Positions 37,860 to 47,668 of a DNA stretch of 64,000 nucleotides are shown here, one piece after another (position 1 is the first letter of the stretch; every line of letters begins with the position of its first letter). This DNA comes from Candidatus Omnitrophota bacterium. Lineage in GTDB: Bacteria; Omnitrophota; Gorgyraeia; Gygaellales; Profunditerraquicolaceae. The stretch lies in contig JAQUQW010000001.1 in NCBI GenBank assembly GCA_028716245.1, positions 549,925 to 613,924 of the forward strand, written 5' to 3'. A program made the position numbers and the translations under genes. The notes beneath the pieces were generated by a model. It worked only from the letters and a program-made list of their open reading frames with translations. It was not told the DNA's origin and searched no databases.

Positions 37860-39103
37860 ACTTTGGCGCCTAAGTTAACTAATTTTTTTTCGATAAATTC
37901 ATAGCCGCGTTCCAAATGATAAATCCTGGAAATCGATGTTTTTCCGCCTGCGGCTAAACCGGCCAAAACCAAACCCGCGGAGGCGCGCAAATCCGAGGCC
38001 ATTACCGGGGCTCCGGATAATTTTTTTATTCCTTCAACAATAGCGTGCGGCCCCTCTCTCTGGATATGGGCGCCCATACGGTTAAGTTCGGAAACATGCA
38101 TAAACCTGTCCGGGTAAATTTTCTCGGTAATTACGCTGATGCCGCTGGTTACCGCCATTAAACTCATCATCTGCGCCTGCATATCCGTCGGAAATCCGGG
38201 ATAAGGAAGCGTAGTTATATTTACTGATCTTAACCCCCGGTTGCCCTGAACGCGTAACGCCCCGTCAACGCAAGCAATCCGGGCGCCGGCTTCATCTAAT
38301 TTATCAATCAGAGCCCCCAGGTGATGATACACAACATTTTTAATTAATACGTCTCCTTCGGTAATCAAAGAAGCCAAAATCAATGTCCCGGCTTCAATGC
38401 GGTCGGGGATTATCGAATGCGTTGCTCCGTGCAAATCTTTTACTCCCTCTATTTCAATAACCGGTGTGCCCTGGCCCTTGATTTTGGCGCCCATCTTAAT
38501 CAAAAACTCCGCTAAGTCCACTACCTCCGGTTCGCATGCCGCCGATTCAATTATCGTTTTACCGCTGGCTAATACCGCGGCCATCATCACGTTATCGGTC
38601 GCTAAAACCGACGAACCGTATACACCGCCCAGATAAATGTAGGAGCCATGCAGCTTCTTGGCCTTGGCAATTACATAACCTGAATCAATACTGATATCAG
38701 CACCTAAGGCCTTAATACCTTTAAGATGCAGGTCAACCGGGCGCACCCCGATAACGCAGCCCCCGGGAAGAGAAACCTTGGCTTGTTTTAATTTACCTAA
38801 AAGCGGGCCCAAAACGCAGAATGAAGCCCGCATCGTCGAAACCAATTTATATTCAGCAACATATTTTCCGGCTTTACCGGCACCGACACTTACCCTGCCC
38901 TTATCAAATTCGGCAACCTTTCCTAGCGCGCGCAAAATCTTCAGCATACTATTGGTATCCCGCAAATTCGGAACGCCTTTAATTACGCACGGCTCATCAG
39001 TAAGTAAAGTCGCCGCCAATATCGGCAATACCGCGTTTTTTGCCCCGGAAACCGTAACCTCGCCTTTTAATTTCGCCCCGCCTTCAATAATCAGTTTATC
39101 CAT
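37841..39103 (-). CDS. murA: UDP-N-acetylglucosamine 1-carboxyvinyltransferase
   Basis: 420-aa EPSP synthase-fold enzyme. Its 3-prime end overlaps the trpG start by 19 nt. Confidence 0.9.
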   Translation of the reverse strand: MDKLIIEGGAKLKGEVTVSGAKNAVLPILAATLLTDEPCVIKGVPNLRDTNSMLKILRALGKVAEFDKGRVSVGAGKAGKYVAEYKLVSTMRASFCVLGPLLGKLKQAKVSLPGGCVIGVRPVDLHLKGIKALGADISIDSGYVIAKAKKLHGSYIYLGGVYGSSVLATDNVMMAAVLASGKTIIESAACEPEVVDLAEFLIKMGAKIKGQGTPVIEIEGVKDLHGATHSIIPDRIEAGTLILASLITEGDVLIKNVVYHHLGALIDKLDEAGARIACVDGALRVQGNRGLRSVNITTLPYPGFPTDMQAQMMSLMAVTSGISVITEKIYPDRFMHVSELNRMGAHIQREGPHAIVEGIKKLSGAPVMASDLRASAGLVLAGLAAGGKTSISRIYHLERGYEFIEKKLVNLGAKVWREKE

Positions 39104-39104
39104 T

Positions 39105-39887
39105 TTATCCAGTCCTTTTTTTGGCTATAATTACGCGTTGGATATTATTATAATCCTTAATTATTTTTATCTCGCTGAAATTTTTCTCTTCCAGCATCGC
39201 TCTCACCGCTTTAGCCTGCTTAGCCCCCACCTCAAAAGCTAACAAACCGTTATCACGCAAATGGACTGCCGACTGGCTGATTATCAAACGGTAAAAATCC
39301 AAACCATCGACGCCGGCAGCTAATGCCTGTTTTGGCTCAAAGGATATCTCTTTGGCCAGTCCGCTCAATTCTCCTCTGGATATATAAGGAGGATTGCTGA
39401 TAATTAAATCAAATTTTTTATTTTTAAGCTTGCTAAAAAGATCTGTGCGTAAAAATTTAACCTCTACTTTATTTAAACGGGCATTCTCGCCAGCCAGCTG
39501 CAAAGCCTCTTTCGATATATCGGCAGCCCAAACACGCGCCCGGGGCAATAGTTTGGCAATTGATACGGCAATACAGCCTGAACCTGTGCCCAAATCAAGA
39601 ATTTTAGGAGAAGCCTTAGCCATCGCCTTTAATTCTGCTATGGCGGACTCAACTAAAATCTCTGTTTCCGGGCGGGGGATCAAGGCGCGCTGATCTACTT
39701 TAAACTCACATCCCATGAATTCGCATCTGCCTAAAATATACTGCAGCGGTTGACCGGAAATTCTGCGCTTTAATATATTTGAGATAATGGCAGCTTTATC
39801 TTTATCTAAAACCCTATCTTTATTCAGGTATAAAGACAGCCGGTCGCAATTTAAAACCTGGCTTAAAACTAATTCCGCCTCATTCAT
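39105..39887 (-). CDS. prmC: release-factor glutamine N5-methyltransferase PrmC (HemK)
   Basis: SAM-binding motif DLGTGSG and the NPPY motif. Confidence 0.85.
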   Translation of the reverse strand: MNEAELVLSQVLNCDRLSLYLNKDRVLDKDKAAIISNILKRRISGQPLQYILGRCEFMGCEFKVDQRALIPRPETEILVESAIAELKAMAKASPKILDLGTGSGCIAVSIAKLLPRARVWAADISKEALQLAGENARLNKVEVKFLRTDLFSKLKNKKFDLIISNPPYISRGELSGLAKEISFEPKQALAAGVDGLDFYRLIISQSAVHLRDNGLLAFEVGAKQAKAVRAMLEEKNFSEIKIIKDYNNIQRVIIAKKRTG

Positions 39888-40953
39888 TCTTCTTCTCTAA
39901 TTCTGCCTTTAATAAAGCCGCAAAGAGTTCATCCATCTGCCCCTCCAGGATCGCCTCTAATTGGTGCGAGGTATAATTAATCCTGTGGTCGGTAACCCTG
40001 CGGTCCGGGAAATTATAAGTGCGGATTTTTTCACTGCGGTCGCCGGTCCCAATCTGGATTTTCCGGGCGCTGGATAATTTTTTTGCTTCGGCTTCGATTT
40101 TAACCTCTAAGATACGGGCGGCTAAAACCCGCATTGCCTTGGCTTTATTCTTTATCTGCGAACGCTCATCCTGGCAGGCAACTACTGTATTGGTTGGAAT
40201 ATGCGTAATCCTTACCGCTGAATCAGTCTTTTGCATATGCTGGCCGCCGGGCCCGCTTGAGCGGTAGGTATCAATCCTTAAGTCCTTTGGCTCAATAACC
40301 AAATCCACCTCTTCAGGTTCAAGCAATACCGCAACGGTCGCGGTAGAAGTATGGATCCTTCCCTGCGCCTCAGTAGTCGGAACCCGCTGCACGCGGTGCA
40401 CTCCGCTTTCAAATTTAAGGAAACGAAAAGAATCTTTTCCCTTTACGCCAAAAATTATTTCTTTGATTCCGCCGGCTTCATTGACGCTGGAGGACATCGG
40501 CTCAATCACCCAGCCTTTAAGCGCGGCATATTTTGAATACATCCGGTAAAGATCCGCCGCAAAAAGCCCGGCTTCATCTCCGCCGGTACCCTGCCGGATT
40601 TCAATGATGCAATTACGGCCGGCGTCTTTATCCTCGCCGGCCAGGATTTTTTTTAATTCCGACTCCTTGTCTGTTTTTTTGGCTTCCAGGTTTCTAAGCT
40701 CCTCCTGCGCCAACTCCAGGAAATCTTTATCATGCTTTCCGGATAACACGCTCTCCAGGCCGCTTATCTCCTTAAGCAGGTTTTTGTAGTCGCGAAATAT
40801 CGAAACTACCTCCTTAAGATCGGAAAGCTCTTTGGCCAGTTTATTATATTGCTGGCGGTCGGCAATCTGTTCATTGCTAGCTAGAAGATGTTCCAGCTCT
40901 TGGTAACGCGCAGTTAGTTTTTCTAACTGCTCATGCATTTTATTTTTTACCAT
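39880..40953 (-). CDS. prfA: peptide chain release factor 1
   Basis: [19 protein letters not shown] (GGQ) and a PTT tripeptide region ([17 protein letters not shown]). Confidence 0.9.
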   Translation of the reverse strand: MVKNKMHEQLEKLTARYQELEHLLASNEQIADRQQYNKLAKELSDLKEVVSIFRDYKNLLKEISGLESVLSGKHDKDFLELAQEELRNLEAKKTDKESELKKILAGEDKDAGRNCIIEIRQGTGGDEAGLFAADLYRMYSKYAALKGWVIEPMSSSVNEAGGIKEIIFGVKGKDSFRFLKFESGVHRVQRVPTTEAQGRIHTSTATVAVLLEPEEVDLVIEPKDLRIDTYRSSGPGGQHMQKTDSAVRITHIPTNTVVACQDERSQIKNKAKAMRVLAARILEVKIEAEAKKLSSARKIQIGTGDRSEKIRTYNFPDRRVTDHRINYTSHQLEAILEGQMDELFAALLKAELEKKNE

Positions 40954-41140
40954 ATTTTTTCATAAACTTATCCACCCGGCCGGCGGAATCCACCAGCTTT
41001 TGTTTTCCGGTAAAGAACGGATGGCACTTTGAGCAAATCTCAACGCGGATACTGGGTTTAGTCGAGCGGGTATGCACCGTCTCACCGCAGGCGCAGACAA
41101 TCGTGCTCTCTTTGTAATTGGGGTGAATTTTTTCTTTCAT
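40940..41140 (-). CDS. rpmE: 50S ribosomal protein L31 (zinc-binding C4 form)
   Basis: MKEKIHPNY...CACGETVHT...[13 protein letters not shown]. Confidence 0.9.
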   Translation of the reverse strand: MKEKIHPNYKESTIVCACGETVHTRSTKPSIRVEICSKCHPFFTGKQKLVDSAGRVDKFMKKYGKK

Positions 41141-41152
41141 TTCTTTTCTCCT

Positions 41153-41236
41153 TTAAATGAGCGCTTAACTTACGAATACGACAGTGTGAGTAAGTTAATA
41201 CGCGAATTTATCCCGCCGAATAATTTGAGGCGGGAT
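41153..41236 (-). repeat. two-hairpin intergenic element, copy 3
   Basis: It fills the gap from the rho stop codon (41237) to 12 nt before the rpmE ATG. Confidence 0.85.
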
Positions 41237-42496
41237 CTATTTCTGGTTCATGCTGTTTAAAAACTCTTCATTATTCTTTGTCTTTCCTAACTTTTCAATC
41301 AATAACTCCATCGCCTCCACATTATTTAACTCATTTAAAACTTTCCGCAAGATCCAGGTTTTCGACAATACATCCGGTTTGACCAGAAGCTCTTCATGGC
41401 GGGTGTTGGAACGCTTGATGTCAATGGCCGGATAAATCCTGCGCTGGAATAAATTACGGTCCAGCTGGGTTTCCATATTGCCGGTGCCCTTAAACTCTTC
41501 AAAAATAACTTCATCCATCCGGCTTCCGGTATCAACCAGGGCTGTGGCGATAATCGTAAGACTGCCGCCTTCATCTACCGCCCGGGCCGCTCCGAAGAAT
41601 CTTTTTGGTTTCTGCAGGGCGTTGGAATCAATACCGCCGGAAAGGACCTTGCCGCTGTGCGGGACCACCGAGTTATAGGCGCGCGCCAGGCGGGTTATGC
41701 TGTCTAAAAGAATTACTACATCGCGTTTATGTTCAACTAAACGTTTGGCCTTCTCCAAAACAATTTCGGCTACCTGCACGTGGCGCTCCGGCGGCTCATC
41801 AAAAGTGGAGGAAATTACCTCGCCTTTAACATTACGCTGCATATCCGTAACTTCTTCCGGACGCTCATCAATAAGCAAAACGATCAAAATTACGTCAGGA
41901 TTATTGGTGGTGATAGCATTGGCGATCTTCTGCAGCAAAACAGTTTTGCCGCTATAAGGCTGGGCAACGATTAAACCGCGCTGGCCCCGGCCAATCGGAG
42001 TAAGCAGGCTCATAATCCGCATAGATAATTCATCCGGCTTAGTTTCCATGTTAAACGGGGCGCGGGGATAAACGGGGGTGAGGTTATCAAAAAGAACTTT
42101 TTCTTTTACTTCTTCCGGATTTTCAAAATTCACCGCTTCCACCTTAAGCAGGGCAAAATATTTTTCCCCTTCTTTAGGCGGGCGGATCTGGCCGCTTACC
42201 GTATCTCCGGTGCGCAGCTCAAACTTCCTAATTTGCGACGGAGAAATATAAATATCATCCGGACAAGGCAGATAATTGTAATTGGGGCTTCTTAAGAAAC
42301 CAAAGCCCTCGGAAAGGATTTCTAATACACCCTCCCCGAACATCAACCCTTCTTTCTCAGCCTGAGCCTGAAGTATTTTAAAAATCAGGTCCTGTTTCTT
42401 CAAGCCGCTGGTGCCGTTGGCATTTAATTCTTTAGCTAATTTATTCAACTCGCTAATTTTCATTTCTTTGAGATTCTTTATATCTAACTTTTCCAC
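41237..42496 (-). CDS. rho: transcription termination factor Rho
   Basis: 419 aa with an N-terminal RNA-binding domain, a Walker A-containing RecA-like ATPase domain and a Q-loop. Confidence 0.95.
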   Translation of the reverse strand: MEKLDIKNLKEMKISELNKLAKELNANGTSGLKKQDLIFKILQAQAEKEGLMFGEGVLEILSEGFGFLRSPNYNYLPCPDDIYISPSQIRKFELRTGDTVSGQIRPPKEGEKYFALLKVEAVNFENPEEVKEKVLFDNLTPVYPRAPFNMETKPDELSMRIMSLLTPIGRGQRGLIVAQPYSGKTVLLQKIANAITTNNPDVILIVLLIDERPEEVTDMQRNVKGEVISSTFDEPPERHVQVAEIVLEKAKRLVEHKRDVVILLDSITRLARAYNSVVPHSGKVLSGGIDSNALQKPKRFFGAARAVDEGGSLTIIATALVDTGSRMDEVIFEEFKGTGNMETQLDRNLFQRRIYPAIDIKRSNTRHEELLVKPDVLSKTWILRKVLNELNNVEAMELLIEKLGKTKNNEEFLNSMNQK

Positions 42497-43092
42497 AAAT
42501 TCCTCCTTATTGCTAAAACCTGTTTCCTGGTTTTTCTGATTGAACCGCTGTTATCTATGATGAAATCCGCAAAACGCGACTTTGCACCTTGCGAAATCTG
42601 AGATTTCATTATCCTGGCAATTTCATCCCTGTTAAACCCTGAACTTTTTTGACTGCGTAAAATCTGCTGGCTTTTCTTAGCCGTAACCACAACCAAACTA
42701 TCAACCATTTTTCTTAATCCCGCTTCAATAATTAACGCTGCATCCAGGATTATAATCTTCTTCTCTGATTTTTTAATGCGCCGGTTAATCTCCCGGATTA
42801 ACTCCGGATGCACGATATTGTTAAGCCGGGCTAAGGCCTTCTTATCGGCAAAAACTATTTTTGCTAACTTCACCCGGTCAATACGGTTATTGGGCTTGAT
42901 AATCTCCCGGCCAAAAGCCTTTTTGATCTTTCTATAGATGCCGTTGCCGGGCCGGTACAGCTTATGCGCCAGAACATCAGCATCGATAACCCGGACATCT
43001 TTTGTTTTAAACATCGCCGCGGCCGTGCTTTTTCCGCAGCCGATATTGCCGGTAACCCCCAGGACAAACTTATTTTTCCTTTGCTTTAGCAT
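42484..43092 (-). CDS. coaE: dephospho-CoA kinase
   Basis: [13 protein letters not shown]-loop. I took the internal ATG ([12 protein letters not shown]) as the start; the track ORF extends upstream into glgA. Confidence 0.8.
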   Translation of the reverse strand: MLKQRKNKFVLGVTGNIGCGKSTAAAMFKTKDVRVIDADVLAHKLYRPGNGIYRKIKKAFGREIIKPNNRIDRVKLAKIVFADKKALARLNNIVHPELIREINRRIKKSEKKIIILDAALIIEAGLRKMVDSLVVVTAKKSQQILRSQKSSGFNRDEIARIMKSQISQGAKSRFADFIIDNSGSIRKTRKQVLAIRRNLWKS

Positions 43093-44458
43093 ATAACCGG
43101 ATATATTTGTCGGCCGAGGCCTTCCAGGAAAAATTGCATTCCATGGCATTAACAACCAGGCGGCCCCACTTATCCTTATTTTTAAAGGCAAGCACCGCTT
43201 TCTGGATTATTTTTTGCAATTCCTCCTCGGTATAATCGTCAAAAACAAAACCATTGTTCTTATTTATCGTGTCCGCCAGGCCGCCGGTCTTAAAAACAAG
43301 CGGTATCGCCCCGTAGCGCAGGCTGATCAATTGCCCCAGGCCGCAAGGCTCATATCTTGATGGCATAAGAAAAATATCGCTGCCGGCATAAATTTTATGC
43401 GCCAGGGGATCATCAAACTTTAAACTTAAGGAAAATTTCTGCGGGTATTTTTTAGCAAATGTTTTCAGGATCCGGTGGTATTTCTGGTCTCCGGTCCCCA
43501 GGATAACCAACTGCAGGTCCATTTTACAAATCTCATCTAAACCCCGGGCAAAGATATCAAAACCTTTCTGTTCCGCCAGGCGGCTGACAATCCCCAATAC
43601 AGGTATATTCCTGTTTACCGGTAATCCGCAGGCCTTTTGCAAATTCTCTTTATTTAAGACTTTAAATTCCGGGCAGCCCGCGGAAAAATTCTGCAAGATG
43701 AATTCATCCGTATCCGGGTCCCAAACAGAATAGTCCACCCCGTTTAATATCCCGCTTAAAACACTTTTACGCTCTTTTAAAAGGCCTTCTAAACCAAAAC
43801 CAAACTCTTCGGTCTGGATCTCCTTGGCGTAGGTCGGGCTGACGGTATTGATAAAATCCGAAAATATTATTCCGCCTTTAAGCAGGTTGACCTTATTGTA
43901 AAATTCCAGGCCGTTGATAGCAAAAACTTTCCAATCCAGCCCGAGTTTTGTAAATTCCTCTTTGGCAAAAATCCCCTGGTAGCCGATATTGTGGATGGTC
44001 AAAACGCTCTTGATATTTTTATAAAAATCCCGGTTGATATATAAATTTTTTAAATACACCGCCATAAGGCTGGCCTGCCAATCGTGCAAGTGCAGGATAT
44101 CCGGGCAAAAATCAATCTCCTTTAATAAATCCAGGCCGGCCCGGCAGAAAAAACTAAACCGCTCTAAATTATCTTTATAATCACCGTACTTATTCATATA
44201 TAAGCCATCGCGGTTAAAATAAACGCTGTTTTCGATGAAATAAACTTTAATATTTTTCCCAATAACCGAACAGGATATGTCTTTGGAAATCCGTTCAATT
44301 TTAAATTTACTCTGCGTAACGCACTTATACCCGGGCATAATCACAATAACCTCATGGCCGCAATACTCCAGGGCCAAAGGCAGAGCCCCGCCTACATCCG
44401 CTAGCCCCCCGGTCTTGGCAAAAGGCACAACCTCAGAAGCTGCCATTGCTATTTTCAT
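43070..44458 (-). CDS. glgA: glycogen synthase (ADP-glucose type)
   Basis: KTGGLADVGGALP N-terminal motif, 462 aa. Confidence 0.9.
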   Translation of the reverse strand: MKIAMAASEVVPFAKTGGLADVGGALPLALEYCGHEVIVIMPGYKCVTQSKFKIERISKDISCSVIGKNIKVYFIENSVYFNRDGLYMNKYGDYKDNLERFSFFCRAGLDLLKEIDFCPDILHLHDWQASLMAVYLKNLYINRDFYKNIKSVLTIHNIGYQGIFAKEEFTKLGLDWKVFAINGLEFYNKVNLLKGGIIFSDFINTVSPTYAKEIQTEEFGFGLEGLLKERKSVLSGILNGVDYSVWDPDTDEFILQNFSAGCPEFKVLNKENLQKACGLPVNRNIPVLGIVSRLAEQKGFDIFARGLDEICKMDLQLVILGTGDQKYHRILKTFAKKYPQKFSLSLKFDDPLAHKIYAGSDIFLMPSRYEPCGLGQLISLRYGAIPLVFKTGGLADTINKNNGFVFDDYTEEELQKIIQKAVLAFKNKDKWGRLVVNAMECNFSWKASADKYIRLYAKAKEK

Positions 44459-47019
44459 TAGCTATCCCCCTTTACCTTCGGGTAAGCCGACATCTCCAGC
44501 CAATTTTTCCCTTTTTTCATAGCTACTTTTATCGGCACATCCAATTTCATAACCTGCTCCATCTCTTTTTTGACCAAAGCCGCAAGGACATCTAATTCAC
44601 GGTTGGCCAGGTCAAAAACCAACTCATCGTGGATCTGTAAAATCATTTTAGCCTCTAAGCCCTTGGATTTAATCTGCGCCGATATATTGATCATTGCCAG
44701 TTTAATCAAATCGCTGGCTGCCCCCTGAAGCGGAGTGTTTACCGCCTGACGCTGGGCAAACTGCCGGATACCCAAATTCTTATTATTAATCTCAGGGAGA
44801 TACCTTCTTCTGCCCAATAATGTCGTGACAAATCCCTCAACTTCTGCTTTTTTAATTTGCGCCTCGATATATTTTTTTACTTTAGGGTAACGCAGGAAAT
44901 AAGCATCGATAAAATCCTGCGCCTGATTCACCGGGATACCCAAATCTTTACTCAAACCGTAGGCACTTTGGCCATAGACAATACCGAAATTAACCCTCTT
45001 GGCCACCTCGCGCATATTATCCTTAACCTCGGATTCAGGGATATTATAGATTAAAGACGCGGTCAAGCGGTGTATATCTTGATCGCCATGAAAAGCCTTA
45101 ACTAATGTTTCATCGCCGGAAAGGTGCGCCAGCACCCGTAATTCAATTTGCGAATAATCGCAGGATAACAGACAATTATCCGCTCCTGTGGCAATAATTG
45201 CCTGACGGATCTTGCCCCCGATATCGGTTTTAATGGGAATATTCTGCAGGTTCGGGTTGCTTGAACTAAGCCTGCCGGTCTCGGTTCCGGTCTGGTTAAA
45301 CGATGTATGCACCCTGCCGGTTTGAGGGTCGACCAGTTTAGGCAGGGCATCCACATAGGTGTTTTTTAGTTTAGTCAGCTGCCGGTATTCTAACAAAAGA
45401 GCGGGCAGGGCGTGTTTGGCCGCCAGCCGATTCAGCACTTCTTCATCCGTAGACGGGCCGGTCTTGGTTTTTTTGATTACCGGAAGGCCCAGCTTCTCAA
45501 ACAAAACCTGACCCAGCTGTTTGGGTGAATTAATATTAAATTGCGTGCCGCTTGTCTCATAAATATCCGAAATTAATTTTATCAGGCGCTGTTCGATTTC
45601 ATGCGCAAGGCCTTTAAGCAGTTTTAGGTCCAATTTTATACCGTCCTGTTCCATCTGGGCCAGAACACTCACCAAGGGCATCTCCAGATTACAAAATAAC
45701 TCCAACAAATCTTTTTCCTGTAAGGCCTTGGCAAGCACCGGTTTTAACCTGGCAACTAAAGCCAATGCCTCTTTTGCCTCAAGGCTCTCTCCCTGACGGA
45801 TAAATTCACCTAAATTTTCCAATGCCAGGTCGCTAATAGCGTAACTTGAGCGCGAAGGATTCAATAAATAGGCGGCGATCATAACATCAAAACCTAAACC
45901 GTTTAAAATCAACCCTTCCTTAAAAAGGGAAACTTTTAATTTTTTAAGGTCATGCCCGGTCTTCTTTATATGAACACTGGAAATTACCTTAAGCAATTCT
46001 TCTTTGGCTCTCCTTGCATCGAAGCATTTGTTATTAACGGCAAAAAGCAAGTCCTCGGCGCAAGTTCCAAAAATGGCAATTTCATCATAGTCTTTAAGTA
46101 AATCTTTTATTTCATTCTGGCCGCAGCTATGCAGATTAACCGCGGTTTTTTTGTCCTCGGTATCCGGCAATTCCCCAAGCAGCTTCTTAAATTCTAACTT
46201 TTTAAAAATCCGGGATAACTCTGCGTAATTTGGCTGGCCGATTTTAGCTTTCTTTAAATCCAGCTTCATAGCTACTTCCTGATTGAGGCTGATGAGCTCT
46301 TTATTCAATTTTATGCGTTCGATATGCCCGGCCAGCGCCTCCCTGATTTTTTCTGGCTCCACTTTGGAAATGTTTTTAAGCAATTTATCCAGCGAACCGA
46401 ATTCCAAAATAAGTTTTTTTGCGGTCACCTCCCCGATCCCCGGAACTCCCGGGATATTATCCGCATCATCCCCCATAAGGGCGATGATGTCGCTAATCTT
46501 CTCCGGGGCTACCCCAAAACGCTCTTTAACTTTAACCGGATCATACAACACCCCGCTGTCTTTGTAAGGGCTGAATACCGAAATACGCTTGCCCACTAAT
46601 TGCAGGATATCTTTGTCGCTGCTGACAATGGTCACCGCGATCTTTTTAGCCGCGGCACTCCTGGCAAGCTGGGCAATTATGTCATCGGCCTCAAAACCTT
46701 TTTTCTCAAATATAGGAATACCGTAAGCAGCGACAATTTCTTTGATTATCGGAATCTGGCTAGCCAGGCCATCAGGCATCGGGCGCCTTTGCATCTTATA
46801 CTGGGCAAACTTGGCCAGCCGGAAGGTGTCCCTTGATACATCAAAACAACAAACCAGATAATCCGGTTTCTGTTCTTTTAATATTTTGTTAAGGATATTC
46901 AGGAACCCGTAAATCGCGTTGGTCTGCTGGCCCGAAGAGGTGCTTAATCCGCTTAAGGCATAAAACGCCCGGTAGCAGAAGGCGGTCGCGTCAATCAAAA
47001 ATAAACTTTTTTCAGCCAT
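44458..47019 (-). CDS. polA: DNA polymerase I
   Basis: 853 aa with a 5'-3' exonuclease domain and a family-A polymerase domain (motif A DYSQIELR, motif B RQAVNTPLQG). Confidence 0.95.
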   Translation of the reverse strand: MAEKSLFLIDATAFCYRAFYALSGLSTSSGQQTNAIYGFLNILNKILKEQKPDYLVCCFDVSRDTFRLAKFAQYKMQRRPMPDGLASQIPIIKEIVAAYGIPIFEKKGFEADDIIAQLARSAAAKKIAVTIVSSDKDILQLVGKRISVFSPYKDSGVLYDPVKVKERFGVAPEKISDIIALMGDDADNIPGVPGIGEVTAKKLILEFGSLDKLLKNISKVEPEKIREALAGHIERIKLNKELISLNQEVAMKLDLKKAKIGQPNYAELSRIFKKLEFKKLLGELPDTEDKKTAVNLHSCGQNEIKDLLKDYDEIAIFGTCAEDLLFAVNNKCFDARRAKEELLKVISSVHIKKTGHDLKKLKVSLFKEGLILNGLGFDVMIAAYLLNPSRSSYAISDLALENLGEFIRQGESLEAKEALALVARLKPVLAKALQEKDLLELFCNLEMPLVSVLAQMEQDGIKLDLKLLKGLAHEIEQRLIKLISDIYETSGTQFNINSPKQLGQVLFEKLGLPVIKKTKTGPSTDEEVLNRLAAKHALPALLLEYRQLTKLKNTYVDALPKLVDPQTGRVHTSFNQTGTETGRLSSSNPNLQNIPIKTDIGGKIRQAIIATGADNCLLSCDYSQIELRVLAHLSGDETLVKAFHGDQDIHRLTASLIYNIPESEVKDNMREVAKRVNFGIVYGQSAYGLSKDLGIPVNQAQDFIDAYFLRYPKVKKYIEAQIKKAEVEGFVTTLLGRRRYLPEINNKNLGIRQFAQRQAVNTPLQGAASDLIKLAMINISAQIKSKGLEAKMILQIHDELVFDLANRELDVLAALVKKEMEQVMKLDVPIKVAMKKGKNWLEMSAYPKVKGDS

Positions 47020-47605
47020 TAATTAAATATGCAAGGAATTCACTATAGGGAAAGATATTCTTGCGGTACGCTTCTATTTTATTCTTCCCGCTGATCAGAA
47101 ATCGGCTGCTTAGATACGCGGATATCTTTAGGCGGCGGGCTGCCTTTTGCGTCCAGGGATCATCCGGAGAACCAACCTGAGCGCGCTTGCCCCAATACAA
47201 TGCGGCTTTTTCCAGATCACGCTGATTCTCATAAAAAAGCGCCAGGTTAGTGTAAGCTCCTGAATAACCGGGGTCAATTTTGAGCGACTTTAAATAACTT
47301 TCCTCTGCCCGCTCCGGAAAACCCATAGCTTCATAAATAACCCCTAAATCATTGTAGGCAACCGCATAACCGGGATCAATGGTAATAGCCTTCTGATATA
47401 AACTCATGGCTTCAGCCAGATTACCAATACGCTGTTTTTCTAATCCTGCTTGCCGGTATTGCTGGGCTTGCAGATGTAATTGGTCCGCATCTTCCTGGGC
47501 AGGATTGGCTATTGCCCTTTGGGCAAAGAAAATTCCGCCGGAGGAAAAAACGCATAAAAATACAATTAAAGTAATTAGGAATTTAGGCAGGATGTCTTTA
47601 TTCAT
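47012..47605 (-). CDS. TPR-repeat lipoprotein/secreted protein
   Basis: Signal/TM segment followed by three or four TPR repeats, 197 aa. Confidence 0.6.
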   Translation of the reverse strand: MNKDILPKFLITLIVFLCVFSSGGIFFAQRAIANPAQEDADQLHLQAQQYRQAGLEKQRIGNLAEAMSLYQKAITIDPGYAVAYNDLGVIYEAMGFPERAEESYLKSLKIDPGYSGAYTNLALFYENQRDLEKAALYWGKRAQVGSPDDPWTQKAARRLKISAYLSSRFLISGKNKIEAYRKNIFPYSEFLAYLING

Positions 47606-47615
47606 TTATTTATTA

Positions 47616-47644
47616 ATTATATACATTTAATATGCAATCGTCAA
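47616..47644 (-). promoter_or_regulatory. minus-strand promoter TTGACG-17-TATAAT upstream of the TPR gene; predicted near-leaderless transcript
   Basis: -35 is the revcomp of 47639-47644 and -10 the revcomp of 47616-47621. The ATG at 47605 is only about 4 nt from the predicted TSS. Confidence 0.5.
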
Positions 47645-47668
47645 GAAAAATTTGACTTTAGATCGACT

